Assembly: GCA_034439615.1 (NCBI GenBank)
Contig: JAWXAT010000010.1
Location: 5,001-69,000 of the forward strand
Direction: 5' to 3'
Length of the DNA: 64,000 nucleotides
Source: Oligoflexia bacterium
Lineage (GTDB): Bacteria > Bdellovibrionota > Bdellovibrionia > JABDDW01
Position numbers and translations under genes: made by a program. How positions within the stretch are numbered: position 1 is the stretch's first letter; each line of letters opens with the position of its first letter. Of this stretch, positions 9,057 to 18,934 are shown one piece after another. The notes beneath the pieces are model-generated. The model was not told the origin of the DNA. It did no database searches and saw nothing but the letters and a program-made list of their open reading frames with translations.

Positions 9057-10264
9057 AACGCTGGGTATTTTTTGTTTTATTTTTATTCGTGATTTTTTAT
9101 ACAACACTTACATTTATTAGTTCACAAGTTACTTTTCCTTTAATTTCATCTTTGAGTTCTGTTTCTAAGTTAAAATATTATGATTACTCAGGTGTTACTC
9201 ATGTGCACTCCAAACTCAGTACAGGCAGTGGTACAATCGATGAAATTGCACAAGCTGCAAGCTTAGCAAATTGTGACTTCTTAATTTTAACTGATCTTAA
9301 CGTCGGTCAAAAACCTGAGTTTGTAGAAGGTTACAAAGATGATGTCGCTGTTATTTGGGCTGGTGAGTTTAGCTATTTGGGCGGTCACCTATTAGCCTAT
9401 GATCTGCCAGAAACAGAATCTTTTAAAGGTTTAGGGCAAGCACAAATTATTTTTAACGATCTCCTCCATCAAAAACCAAGACCCTCTAGTCAGGGTTTTC
9501 TCATTGCTTCACATCCTAATTTACCTCAGCATACCTGGGGAAATTTAAATGACTCCGGGCTCACAGGCATGGAAGTTATAAATCTTGATAGTCTCTGGAG
9601 AGATGAGATTGTAAGTAATAAATTATCAATTCTTTGGAGCATTCTAATTTTACCCTTTAACCCAGATCTAAGTTACTTAAGACTTTTCAATGACCCCGAA
9701 AAAGAATTATCCGCTTGGGATGAAATATTAAAAACACGCTCATTTGTAGGTGTCGGCGGAAGCGACGCCACAGCCAACGCTATTCCATGGCCCAACGAAT
9801 CGTTTAAATTTCCTAGTTACACACAATCGTTTAGCTTGATGAAAAATCATTTACTTTTAAAAAGTGAATTAACCGGGTCATACAAAAGTGACCGCACAAA
9901 AATAATGTCAGCCCTTGCTCAAGGTAATTTTTATTTCAGCGTAGATATTATCGGTGATCCAACTGGGTTTTATTTTATCGGGCAACAACGAAGACAAGAG
10001 TGGTTACCAGGCTCTACTGTTTCAAGAAGTAATGGTCCGATTCGTTTTGTCGTAGATTTAGGCCGCCAGATTGAACTTCCTCACGAGATTATTTTATACC
10101 GAAACGGGGTTAAAGTTGGCATCTCAAACTCTCACCGCTTAGAATATACGGCTGATCAAGCGGGAGCATATCGCGTCACAGTGCGAGTTATCCCCACACT
10201 CCCATTGCCTGATGGCAAAACTTGGTACACATGGATTTTTTCAAATGCCATCAGAGTTGAATGA
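9053..10264 (+). CDS. PHP-domain-like metal-dependent phosphoesterase with N-terminal TM helix
   Basis: HVHS...GTIDEIAQAA...DFLILTDLN resembles the PHP/CehA N-terminal His motif. The gene overlaps the upstream gene by 4 nt. Confidence 0.45.
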   Translation: MKRWVFFVLFLFVIFYTTLTFISSQVTFPLISSLSSVSKLKYYDYSGVTHVHSKLSTGSGTIDEIAQAASLANCDFLILTDLNVGQKPEFVEGYKDDVAVIWAGEFSYLGGHLLAYDLPETESFKGLGQAQIIFNDLLHQKPRPSSQGFLIASHPNLPQHTWGNLNDSGLTGMEVINLDSLWRDEIVSNKLSILWSILILPFNPDLSYLRLFNDPEKELSAWDEILKTRSFVGVGGSDATANAIPWPNESFKFPSYTQSFSLMKNHLLLKSELTGSYKSDRTKIMSALAQGNFYFSVDIIGDPTGFYFIGQQRRQEWLPGSTVSRSNGPIRFVVDLGRQIELPHEIILYRNGVKVGISNSHRLEYTADQAGAYRVTVRVIPTLPLPDGKTWYTWIFSNAIRVE

Positions 10265-10576
10265 CGGAATAACGACAACCAAACCATCCTCTGCAGTAGC
10301 CTGACAACCCAACCGTTCATCGGGCTTCCAATCACGCATTATAATATGTTCTTTTTCAACCCCATTAGGCGGGGCAAGTTTTTCGAGCCCTTTTTCAATA
10401 AATACACGACAAGTCGTACAGCTACCCATCCCGCCGCAGGAGTGATTTAGTGGAATGTCGTTTGCGATAGCCACCTCGAGAATGCTGGGCATGCCCGAAA
10501 ACCAACAGTGGCGCTTCAGAGGCATAAATGTCATGAGTTTGTCCCCTTTAGGGGCGTTTTTTTTCTTTTTGACCAT
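10241..10576 (-). CDS. fdx: 2Fe-2S ferredoxin (adrenodoxin/ISC Fdx type)
   Basis: CGGMGSCTTCRV...LGCQ cysteine pattern. The true start may be the internal Met at 10534 (MTFMPLK). Confidence 0.75.
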   Translation of the reverse strand: MVKKKKNAPKGDKLMTFMPLKRHCWFSGMPSILEVAIANDIPLNHSCGGMGSCTTCRVFIEKGLEKLAPPNGVEKEHIIMRDWKPDERLGCQATAEDGLVVVIPSFNSDGI

Positions 10577-10644
10577 TCGTAGATTCTAAAGTATTCAGTA
10601 ACTACTTGTTAATTATTATCTGTTTTGGGGAATAAAATAAAATC

Positions 10645-11268
10645 ATGCAATTTGTAGCCTTTGATATTGAAACAACTGGCTTTTTACCCCATGTCGATCA
10701 AATCGTTGAAGTCGCAGCTGTTCGTTTTGTTAATGGAAAACCTGTTGAATCTTATGCCAGTTTAGTTAATCCAAAAGTGCGCATTCCACCTGAGGCAGCA
10801 CGCATCCACGGCATCACAGATGAAATGGTTAAAGATCAACCACTCATAGATAAAGTATTAGAAGAATTTTCGACCTTTTGCGCTAGTGATCCTATGGTTG
10901 CCCACAATGCACCTTTTGATACCGAATTTTTAAAAGCTGATATTCAAAAATTTGAAACCAATGCTCCAAAAGGGCTTATTCTTGATAGTTGTGCAATGGC
11001 TCGAAAAGTAATTCAAGGCAGCGCCAATTATAAACTAGGAACCCTTGTGGCTCATTTACAAATTCCAGTAGAGGGGGCTTATCACAGGGCTGAAGCTGAT
11101 GCTCGTTATTGCGGAAATCTTTTTGCAATAATGCTCGGAAGAATTTTTGCCCAAGGTCAACCTGTGGTTTTAGAAAATCTAATTAACCTTTCAAGCGGGC
11201 AACCCGTACGATTTCCACAAGTGCTCAAAAGTTATCGTCAACTAGATCTCATGGGATTTTTGTCTTAA
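10645..11268 (+). CDS. DEDDh 3'-5' exonuclease (DnaQ/epsilon-like domain protein)
   Basis: Exo I FDIETTG, Exo II HNAPFD and Exo III YHRAEADA motifs are present. Confidence 0.75.
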   Translation: MQFVAFDIETTGFLPHVDQIVEVAAVRFVNGKPVESYASLVNPKVRIPPEAARIHGITDEMVKDQPLIDKVLEEFSTFCASDPMVAHNAPFDTEFLKADIQKFETNAPKGLILDSCAMARKVIQGSANYKLGTLVAHLQIPVEGAYHRAEADARYCGNLFAIMLGRIFAQGQPVVLENLINLSSGQPVRFPQVLKSYRQLDLMGFLS

Positions 11269-11279
11269 ATAATTACTAC

Positions 11280-12893
11280 TTAATTGTTTTTGAATGCAAT
11301 TGGCTTTCGACGGCCGCGACCAAAGGCATGTTCTGATACACGTAATATTGGCGGAGATTGCCATCGCTTGAATTCATTACTAATTAATTTATCAGCTAGC
11401 CAATTTTCCGTTTTATTTGAAGGTGATTTTTTAAGCTCCACTAATTTTACAACTGCCTTATCAAGTTCATCATAAGGAGGAAGTGATTCTTGATCATGCT
11501 GATCTGGAGCAAGTTCAGCCGAAGGTGCTTTATCTAAAATTTCTTTTGGAATAATTTCTCGCCCTAAATTATAATGCTTTGCTAAAGCATATACTTCAGC
11601 TTTTAAAAGATCACCCAACGGATTCAGCCCCCCAATTAAATCACCGTAAAGCGTTGAATAGCCTGAAGCGATCTCACTTTTATTTGATGTTCCCAAAAGC
11701 ATACTCGATTGCACATTTGAATAAGCCATCAATACAACACATCGAAGTCTTGCTTGGAGATTTTGATCAAAAGCTGTTCGAGCAGCTTGATCTCCAGAAA
11801 AATATTTCATTGTTTGTTTCGAAGTCTCATACATAGAAACAATGCTTATCGTCTCAGTTTTAATTTTTAAATTTTTAGCCAAGGTCAAAGAATCGTCGAT
11901 GCTACCCTTGCTGCTGTAAGGGCCTGGTAATAAAATTCCGGTGACATTACCCGGCCCCACGGCATCAATTGCCAATGCTGCGGCAAGGGCTGAATCAATT
12001 CCGCCTGAAAGACCGAGATGAATTTTTTTCTGACCTGTTTTATTAATAAAATCACGAATACCAAGCACAAGTGCTTTTCGCATTATTTCTATTGGCGATT
12101 CATCTTGAGGCCGATGCTCAAAGCGCTTTGAAGCTAAATCGACCATGACAAGATCTTCTTCACATGAAGCAGCTCTTACTATTTCTTTACCTTTTTCATC
12201 TAAAATAAAACTGCGGCCGTCAAAAATGAGCTCATCTTGCCCACCCACCTGATTAACATACACAAAAGGAGCTTTTATTTTTCTGACATGTTTGCGCGCT
12301 GTCTCTAATCTTTTTTGCATTTTGTTTTTTGAAAAGGGGCTGGCAGAAATATTAATAATAAGATCTACATCCTTTATTTTTTTCATGGGATCATTTTTAT
12401 AATAAGATACTGGCCCACCAGGAAAATCAGTCCACATATCTTCACATACGCTGATGGCTAATTTTCCAATACCTTCAATTTTGATTATGCCGGTATCATC
12501 GCCAGGTTCAAAAAATCTTGTCTCATCAAACACATCGTATGTGGGTAAAAGTTGTTTTGCAAAAAACTTAAGTTTTTTACCCTTACGTGCAATGACTGCA
12601 ACATTGCTAAAGGGTTTACCCATTTTTGATTTATTTTTAATTACCGCTCCAAATACAGCGGTGATTTTTAAAGGGATATTTTTGATGATTCGCTGAAGTT
12701 GAACTTCTTGTTTGGCTACAACATCGGCATTTTCAATACAATCAGTGGCTGGGTAGCCAAAAAGAACCATTTCAGAAAAAACAACTACATGTGCCCTTTT
12801 TTCATGAGCGCGCTTAATGAATTCAATAATTTTATCAGCATTGCTTTTAAAATCACCCAAAGTTGGGTTTATTTGCGCCAGTGCAATTCTCAT
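11280..12893 (-). CDS. nadE: Glutamine-dependent NAD+ synthetase (nitrilase domain + NAD synthase domain)
   Basis: N-terminal CN-hydrolase domain and C-terminal GLSGGIDSALAAALA P-loop of NAD synthetase. Length is 537 aa. Confidence 0.9.
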   Translation of the reverse strand: MRIALAQINPTLGDFKSNADKIIEFIKRAHEKRAHVVVFSEMVLFGYPATDCIENADVVAKQEVQLQRIIKNIPLKITAVFGAVIKNKSKMGKPFSNVAVIARKGKKLKFFAKQLLPTYDVFDETRFFEPGDDTGIIKIEGIGKLAISVCEDMWTDFPGGPVSYYKNDPMKKIKDVDLIINISASPFSKNKMQKRLETARKHVRKIKAPFVYVNQVGGQDELIFDGRSFILDEKGKEIVRAASCEEDLVMVDLASKRFEHRPQDESPIEIMRKALVLGIRDFINKTGQKKIHLGLSGGIDSALAAALAIDAVGPGNVTGILLPGPYSSKGSIDDSLTLAKNLKIKTETISIVSMYETSKQTMKYFSGDQAARTAFDQNLQARLRCVVLMAYSNVQSSMLLGTSNKSEIASGYSTLYGDLIGGLNPLGDLLKAEVYALAKHYNLGREIIPKEILDKAPSAELAPDQHDQESLPPYDELDKAVVKLVELKKSPSNKTENWLADKLISNEFKRWQSPPILRVSEHAFGRGRRKPIAFKNN

Positions 12894-12902
12894 GGCTCAA
12901 AT

Positions 12903-13766
12903 TTAACTCTCAGCATCACCCTTTGTCAGCTTAAAAAACTGCAAATTGAGTTGATAAACACTCGTACCATTACCATGTGAAAAATAAGCGTTCATCTCTC
13001 TAAGAAAGTCTTTTAGCTTTAACTTAAACTGTGGCAATTGTGTTGGCGTTAAAGCGATCGTGAGGGTGCGTATTTCACGATCTTCCGGTTTATCAAAGTG
13101 AAGGGCTTGGGAGGCTTGTTCAATAAAAGAATCATGAAATTTACGAAACTCTTTAACTGAAACATTTTCAGGTGCTGCGATTTGAGCAGCGATGGGCATG
13201 AGTTTTTTATCATGACGCTTGATGATTCCGATTTTCTCCATCAACTCTAAACTTTCGTGCACCTGACTTGGAGTTACTAGCCCCTTAAGTCGACGGCTAA
13301 TAAGTGCAGGATCTTCTACGAAATTATCTTGGCAAAGCATTTCAAAAATAACTATGTGATACCAAGTTGTGAAGAATTCATGTTGCGCACTATCTAGTGT
13401 TAGGGCTGATTTTTTCTTTTGCAAATGTAATACGCGATTTAAATATTTACGATACTCGACATTATCTCGAGATTGATTTAAATGCACAAGTGCTTCAAAG
13501 TACTCTGCCCGCGCATGATCAAGACCTAAACCTTTTATGAATTTTGGAACATTGCGGTTTGTAAGACTACGACTACCATCCATCACCACTTTGAGATAAT
13601 TTTGTGAGCGCAAGCCTGCTATGCGCGCAAAAAATCGAATTGAGAATTTACGATCAGTGCTACGACGAACTTTGTAATAGTCCTTTAGGTAGTTACGAAA
13701 ATCTTGATAAGAATAAATATCAACTTGTGACATCTTAATTAGACTAGGCCCTGAAAACTGCATCAA
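12903..13766 (-). CDS. Hypothetical protein (possible HTH-containing paralogous-family protein)
   Basis: 287-aa soluble protein with no catalytic motifs recognised. Any family assignment is unverified. Confidence 0.35.
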   Translation of the reverse strand: MMQFSGPSLIKMSQVDIYSYQDFRNYLKDYYKVRRSTDRKFSIRFFARIAGLRSQNYLKVVMDGSRSLTNRNVPKFIKGLGLDHARAEYFEALVHLNQSRDNVEYRKYLNRVLHLQKKKSALTLDSAQHEFFTTWYHIVIFEMLCQDNFVEDPALISRRLKGLVTPSQVHESLELMEKIGIIKRHDKKLMPIAAQIAAPENVSVKEFRKFHDSFIEQASQALHFDKPEDREIRTLTIALTPTQLPQFKLKLKDFLREMNAYFSHGNGTSVYQLNLQFFKLTKGDAES

Positions 13767-13804
13767 AACAAGCCAGTTTTGGTATAGATAATAGCCAGAT
13801 CAAA

Positions 13805-14641
13805 TTAATCAGGTTTGTGTTTATTTGCTCTAATAGCTTTTAAATAACTAATGATGTCATTAATGATTTTATCTCTCCCCGAAACCTCTGGAAATGGAGG
13901 CATGGGTGTGCGGAAACGAATACTTTTTGGGTCACTTATCCATTTTTTAAGCCAGGTCTCTTTATAATACTGCGTAATGTTAACTGGATAATTTAATTCT
14001 GGCGCTTCTTTTCCGCCATTACCATTTATGGAATGACATGGAAGACAGTTTTTTCTAAACGCCAGAAAACCCCTTTTCACAGCGGGTGAAGAATTTTTCG
14101 GAGGTGCAATTTTTGGAAACGTCTCATTAAACGTTGTGAGATCAACAGCCGCTAATTGGTAGGGCCAGCTTGGACCATCACCCACTTTAAGTTCTGGGTA
14201 CTTACTATTTTCCCAAATTAAATAATACGGACCTAATTCAATTTTTTTATTAATCTTCATGAGATCAAAATTTTTATTATCTGTTCGCGCCACTGCGATA
14301 AAGGCTTTGTGTTGTATGAATCGAGAAGTTGGAATCGAGGGGCGATATCCGTCAATACAAGTAAAAAGTATTTCTTCTGAATTTTTCCAAGCATTACCGA
14401 AAACAGATTGAAAAACAGCTTCTACCGAATGAGCACGATAAGAAATTTCTTTTTCAGAAGTTGGATCCCACACGAGAATCGTTTGCGCTGGTGATATTTT
14501 TTCTAACTCGCTAGCACCAAGGGTTTTAACGACTCTTCCATGACTTTTAAAAGTCATATCTTGAGCTAAACCCAATGAAGCAAAGAGCAATAGAACAAAG
14601 ACCATCAAAAGTCTAAATTTCATAACGATCCCTGAATTCAA
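13805..14641 (-). CDS. Periplasmic c-type cytochrome
   Basis: Signal peptide and a CLPCH haem-binding CxxCH motif. Confidence 0.65.
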   Translation of the reverse strand: MNSGIVMKFRLLMVFVLLLFASLGLAQDMTFKSHGRVVKTLGASELEKISPAQTILVWDPTSEKEISYRAHSVEAVFQSVFGNAWKNSEEILFTCIDGYRPSIPTSRFIQHKAFIAVARTDNKNFDLMKINKKIELGPYYLIWENSKYPELKVGDGPSWPYQLAAVDLTTFNETFPKIAPPKNSSPAVKRGFLAFRKNCLPCHSINGNGGKEAPELNYPVNITQYYKETWLKKWISDPKSIRFRTPMPPFPEVSGRDKIINDIISYLKAIRANKHKPD

Positions 14642-14647
14642 ATTTAA

Positions 14648-15052
14648 CTAATGCTCGAGAGAAGGTTCATGCTTGGCGCCATAAATCTCTGGCGTGATTC
14701 GTATCCGCGCTTGAAACCCTTCTGTATAACTGTGAAAGTGTTCCAGTTTTTCTTCTGGAAATTTCCAACAGTAATATCCGGTTCCACAATCGAAATCCAC
14801 CAACCACAAACCCTTGCCTTCAGCGCCGAGCTTAGCAATTTTTGTTTGCCATTCTTCAACGTGCTTGCTGATTTTCTCTTCGAGTTCCTTTGTTTTTACA
14901 GGATCTCGATCGCGCACAGCTTCAAGCAGTGATAGCAAACCTTTGATTCGATTGTTGGCTTCTTCGGTAACACGACGAACCACGGGCAGTAATTCCCGCG
15001 CGTCCCCAATTGTAAACACCCTCTTTCGATTTAACTCGAAAACATTCCCCAT
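14648..15052 (-). CDS. DUF2203-family protein
   Basis: Conserved block VFTIGDAREL...GLWLVDFDCGTGYYCWKFPE...HFH. The start is taken at the internal Met (MGNVFEL) because the upstream part of the long ORF looks non-coding. Confidence 0.5.
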   Translation of the reverse strand: MGNVFELNRKRVFTIGDARELLPVVRRVTEEANNRIKGLLSLLEAVRDRDPVKTKELEEKISKHVEEWQTKIAKLGAEGKGLWLVDFDCGTGYYCWKFPEEKLEHFHSYTEGFQARIRITPEIYGAKHEPSLEH

Positions 15053-15161
15053 GTTCACGCTTATTACACCCCCCTGGGTTTCATTCAACCTAATAGTTAG
15101 ACATACAGAATATTTCATCTGGTTAGTGACCGTGAATTCTTTACTGTAAAATAATGCGGAT

Positions 15162-16199
15162 TTAGAGAAGTTGACCTTTGCCACGAACTTTAGCGAAAAG
15201 CTCCATGACGTCAGCTGATTTGAGAGGAAAATATGCTGCATGGGGTTTAAGTATTTCTTGCAACTCTTCTTGCCCAAAAGAGGCATTACGCTCCATTGTC
15301 CATGCGAGACGATCTGCAATGTTTAAAATTGCGACACCCAAGAATGCATCAGGATTCCGTGTTTTTAAAAGTGTACTATCGTGGTGAAAATCAATATCTG
15401 TTTCAAGATCTCTTAAAAACTTAGTTTGAAACACAAGTGCTGAACCTACTTCCATATGAGATAAATCAAAATATTCACGCTCAATTCGAGCCTCGTAGGC
15501 ATCGTTGGTCTTATGAGAATCTTTTTCATCGCGCATTCTTATAATGAGCGGGGCATACTCTCTAAACACATGTATTGATGTGGCCAATTTTCCAATGTCA
15601 TGTAATAGTCCTGCGGCGAATACAATTTTTCTATGTGAAATAAAAACGCGTTCATGAGTCGCCAATGCCCAAGCCAATGTAGCGGTGCGAATTCCGTGTT
15701 TCCATATCGATTCTAAATATGGTTCTAGAGTTTCTTTAAATCGAAGTTCACTATTTATCCAATAAGTGAAGACATCAAATATGTAGCCCGCAGCAAATGC
15801 GAGCCCAGCATATTCATTATTACATTTTTTCGCATGCTCTTCGGCTTTTAAGGCGTATTTAAGATGCTTTCCTGATTCTTCAAGACTTACATATTCTGCA
15901 TCTGCGTTCTCAGAAAACATACGCATGATTGAATGCCCTAATACCATGTTGCGCACGTTTGTTTGCCCAACAACAACAACTCCATGGCCTAAACTAGAAA
16001 CGACAGAAGCTTTCATATTTGCTGATGCTCGTGAACAAATCACTGTAGTAAAAAATTTATCTTTTTTTAAGATCTCTTCATAATCATCAGCTTTTTCACT
16101 ACCAGCGATAATTTTTTGCATAAGATCCGCAGCCACACCATCAAAATCAAACTTACTCAAAAGGCCACGGTACATTGCTCTTAATTCAAGTGCCATCAT
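15162..16199 (-). CDS. HDOD-domain signalling protein (HD-related output domain)
   Basis: GLLHDIGKL motif and the overall HDOD architecture. The gene overlaps the upstream gene by 4 nt. Confidence 0.65.
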   Translation of the reverse strand: MMALELRAMYRGLLSKFDFDGVAADLMQKIIAGSEKADDYEEILKKDKFFTTVICSRASANMKASVVSSLGHGVVVVGQTNVRNMVLGHSIMRMFSENADAEYVSLEESGKHLKYALKAEEHAKKCNNEYAGLAFAAGYIFDVFTYWINSELRFKETLEPYLESIWKHGIRTATLAWALATHERVFISHRKIVFAAGLLHDIGKLATSIHVFREYAPLIIRMRDEKDSHKTNDAYEARIEREYFDLSHMEVGSALVFQTKFLRDLETDIDFHHDSTLLKTRNPDAFLGVAILNIADRLAWTMERNASFGQEELQEILKPHAAYFPLKSADVMELFAKVRGKGQLL

Positions 16200-17026
16200 C
16201 GCTTATTACCCCTACTAATTGCCAAGAGTTGAGAACCCACAAAAAAGATAATTGCAAAAATAAGTGCTGCGATAAGTAGATAGCGAAAAATATTTCCGAA
16301 AGTTAGTTCTACTTCGATATCCTTAGCTGTCTTCTGTTGTTTTTCTGCTGAAATTTCTCGCAACGTTTTTTTATCTCGCTCATTAAGTGGAATTGAATCA
16401 TTGCCTTTATTGGCAGAAATATTATCGCCTTTATTAAACGGAACATAGCGAGTTTTTAAATCTTGCTGATTAGAGCCTCCGCCACTGCTGCCGGAGCCAC
16501 CGCCACCTCGCGAAGCAACCCCGCCAGTGCCCGTGGCTTTTTGATTTGAACCTTCACCTGATTCACCAGCACCACTATCACCAATATATTTTCCGTTGTT
16601 GCCCGCAAATTTTCCGGCTGGAATATTACTTGATTTTTCATTAGCACGTCCTGCACCACCCGCACCTGAAGAAGATTGCGCGGGACTCTTGGCATTTTTT
16701 GAACCCGTTGCACTATTTGGATTTGTAGGATTAATCGATGTGCCACCAACACCTGAGGTATTTGTGGGAAGTTTTTTTCCTGCTTCAAATGTAAGTTTAG
16801 GCTTTGGGCATTGCCCGCCAGTGTCACCGGGCAAGAGCCCTTCTTTAATTAGACAAGCAATGTAGCTATTTTCATCACCAAAAAATTTATCTGCGAAATC
16901 AGCAAAGCCCGTGTTGAAACGATAAACAGCGCCAAGCAAAACAATTATAACAATAGAGAGCAAGAAGATGTACTCGATGAGAGTTTGGCCAGATTCACTG
17001 GATTTAAACTTATGCTTTAGACACAT
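16196..17026 (-). CDS. Pilin-like N-terminus / Gly-Ser-rich low-complexity protein with a C-terminal TM helix
   Basis: SGQTLIEYIFLLSIVIIVLL resembles a class-III (prepilin) leader with E at +5. A long G/S/N-rich disordered region follows, and a second hydrophobic helix sits near the C-terminus. Confidence 0.4.
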   Translation of the reverse strand: MCLKHKFKSSESGQTLIEYIFLLSIVIIVLLGAVYRFNTGFADFADKFFGDENSYIACLIKEGLLPGDTGGQCPKPKLTFEAGKKLPTNTSGVGGTSINPTNPNSATGSKNAKSPAQSSSGAGGAGRANEKSSNIPAGKFAGNNGKYIGDSGAGESGEGSNQKATGTGGVASRGGGGSGSSGGGSNQQDLKTRYVPFNKGDNISANKGNDSIPLNERDKKTLREISAEKQQKTAKDIEVELTFGNIFRYLLIAALIFAIIFFVGSQLLAISRGNKR

Positions 17027-17203
17027 GGTTTAATTGTATCAAAGGTTGTGGCGCACGCACAGAAGGGCCGTAAAACTCGACTTCTAATTGCGATTAATTA
17101 GATCAAGTACAGGACTTTCGTATTAATGACAGGTTCAAAGATTTCTTAAATCCCAATTGGCCGACGAGGTGGGTTGAGTGGTTGCATAAGCAGTCTAATA
17201 GCT

Positions 17204-17692
17204 TCAAAAAACCGCCTTAAATTGAGAGTCATATTTTTTCTCTAATTCGTCCAATCTTTCTGAAAGTTCTTTGTTTGATAAAAGAAGTTGTCGAAGTCTT
17301 ACAAAAGTTCTCATGATTTCAATATTCACGAGAGCGGCTTTTTCACTTTTAAGTACACTTGAAAGCATAGCAACACCTTGTTCTGTAAATACTAAGGGTC
17401 TGTAACGACGACCGCCTCTTTCATCATCAGTAGCTCGAATTTTTGAGGTTCCAATTTGGAACCTCAAAAATTCCCCTTCCTTTTCAGTAACTTGGAACAT
17501 AAAATCTTCAGGAAATCTGATGATATTTCGGCGTACGGCCTTGTTCAGATTTTTGGTCTTAACCTCATAAAGTAATGCCAAATCCGAATCCAGCATGACC
17601 TTATGTCCACGAATGAAAAATATTTTCTGACTGATCTCAATATGAATTTGATTTTTTTCCACAAAACCCTCCTTTGCATCTTCGTTGTGCAA
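17204..17692 (-). CDS. ORF6N (KilA-N-related) domain protein
   Basis: [40 protein letters not shown] ... [22 protein letters not shown] matches the ORF6N domain consensus. Confidence 0.6.
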   Translation of the reverse strand: MHNEDAKEGFVEKNQIHIEISQKIFFIRGHKVMLDSDLALLYEVKTKNLNKAVRRNIIRFPEDFMFQVTEKEGEFLRFQIGTSKIRATDDERGGRRYRPLVFTEQGVAMLSSVLKSEKAALVNIEIMRTFVRLRQLLLSNKELSERLDELEKKYDSQFKAVF

Positions 17693-17730
17693 ATGAGTGC
17701 CTATGCCTAGATTGATTTAATCGACTAATT

Positions 17731-17758
17731 AAGAAAAATGTCCGGATAATGGACACTC
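17731..17758 (-). terminator. Rho-independent terminator ending the BMC operon
   Basis: On the minus strand the hairpin gtgtcc-attatcc-ggacat is followed by a T-run. It lies directly 3' of the last BMC gene. Confidence 0.5.
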
Positions 17759-17770
17759 GCTACTTTTAAA

Positions 17771-18040
17771 TTATTCCAACTCGATATGATCAACAATCGC
17801 CGCAATCACTGCATTGACTGGCGCTTGATCGTTACCCCACATTTGCCGACAACCATTACCTTCACGACAAATGAGCACAATATCGCCGGGGCCTGATTGC
17901 ACATGATCAAACGCTAAGTAAGCTGAGCCGTGAGGCTTGAGACCTTCATTGAGTGGTTGAACGGAAAAAATAGTTTTCCCTTCAAAGTGTGGGTTTTTTT
18001 GTGTGCTGACAACTGACTCTAAAACTTTTGCTAAAATCAT
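17771..18040 (-). CDS. BMC vertex protein (BMC-P; EutN/CcmL/PduN family)
   Basis: 89 aa. MILAKVLESVVSTQK...GDIVLI matches the EutN/CcmL fold. Overlaps the next gene by 4 nt. Confidence 0.85.
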   Translation of the reverse strand: MILAKVLESVVSTQKNPHFEGKTIFSVQPLNEGLKPHGSAYLAFDHVQSGPGDIVLICREGNGCRQMWGNDQAPVNAVIAAIVDHIELE

Positions 18041-18315
18041 AATTCAAATGACCTATCGCCCATGCGATCAACCAAACCTACAACAGCTGCATCAACTGGT
18101 GCAAATTTATTATCTAAAGCAAGGCTTGCTTCACGACTTGCAACCCACATCACTGTATCACCATGACGAGCACCAACGGGGTCAGCCGTAACGATGGTTC
18201 CACCCACAGGATTTAATTGATCATCAAGGGGTTGCATTAATAAAAGTTTAACACCCAAGAGACTTGGATCTTTTTGTGAGCAAACTACTGTGCCTAAAAT
18301 TTTTCCTAAATGCAT
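18037..18315 (-). CDS. BMC vertex protein (BMC-P), second paralog
   Basis: 92 aa. MHLGKILGTVVCSQKDPSL...GDTVMWVA matches the EutN/CcmL family. Confidence 0.85.
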   Translation of the reverse strand: MHLGKILGTVVCSQKDPSLLGVKLLLMQPLDDQLNPVGGTIVTADPVGARHGDTVMWVASREASLALDNKFAPVDAAVVGLVDRMGDRSFEL

Positions 18316-18364
18316 AAGTCACACCTTAAACTTATAATTGAACTTGGACTCAACGACATATGTT

Positions 18365-18934
18365 TTATGAGACTGGTTCAATATTAAAATACTTTAAAAA
18401 ATCCTCGTGAGGACTCGCAATAATCTCTGTACGAATGAGTGTACCTTTATCAGCTATCGACGATATTCCATCTGCCACACTGGCTTGTACATTTTCTAAT
18501 GTGCCAGTAACAAAGTAATATGCTTTTCCACCAATTCCTCTAGCCATTCTAAAATCAATCAAATGAACATCGGCTGCTTTACAAGCACGATCTGCACTGA
18601 TTAACCCCGAGCTCACCGCTGCGGTTTCAACAATACCAATGCTTTCTAAAACAGGAAATCGATTTTGAGAATACATTCCCGGTAAAACTTCAGGATGCAA
18701 ATATGGAATATACACTTCATCAATAATTTGATTTGCAGCTAACTCCAGTAACTCTTTTCTGCTTTCTTCAACACTTGCTTCATCACCATTGATTAAAATA
18801 AAAAACTTACCTGGGCTCACGGCAGCTGCTTCAAGAATTCGTACAGGTGCTTTTTTAACAAGTTTGTCTAAAAGGAAATATCCCCGCGCAATGCTTGAGA
18901 TTTCAAAAGACGCAATGGCTGGGCCAAATATCAT
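18365..18934 (-). CDS. Tandem BMC-domain shell protein (BMC-T, PduT-like)
   Basis: 189 aa containing two consecutive BMC-like domains. The second (SIGIVETAAVSSGLISADRACKAADVHL...) is canonical. Confidence 0.7.
   Translation of the reverse strand: MIFGPAIASFEISSIARGYFLLDKLVKKAPVRILEAAAVSPGKFFILINGDEASVEESRKELLELAANQIIDEVYIPYLHPEVLPGMYSQNRFPVLESIGIVETAAVSSGLISADRACKAADVHLIDFRMARGIGGKAYYFVTGTLENVQASVADGISSIADKGTLIRTEIIASPHEDFLKYFNIEPVS

Noticed and set aside
14644-15149. Several overlapping small ORFs on both strands, plus an N-terminal extension of the DUF2203 ORF
   Set aside because: Only the C-terminal 134 aa shows the conserved DUF2203 blocks. The upstream extension and the antisense ORFs have no protein-like composition.
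16456-16865. ORFs on both strands inside the Gly-rich protein gene
   Set aside because: These are low-complexity artefacts of the GGN/AGC repeat region. The long minus-strand frame with the pilin-like N-terminus is the coherent one.
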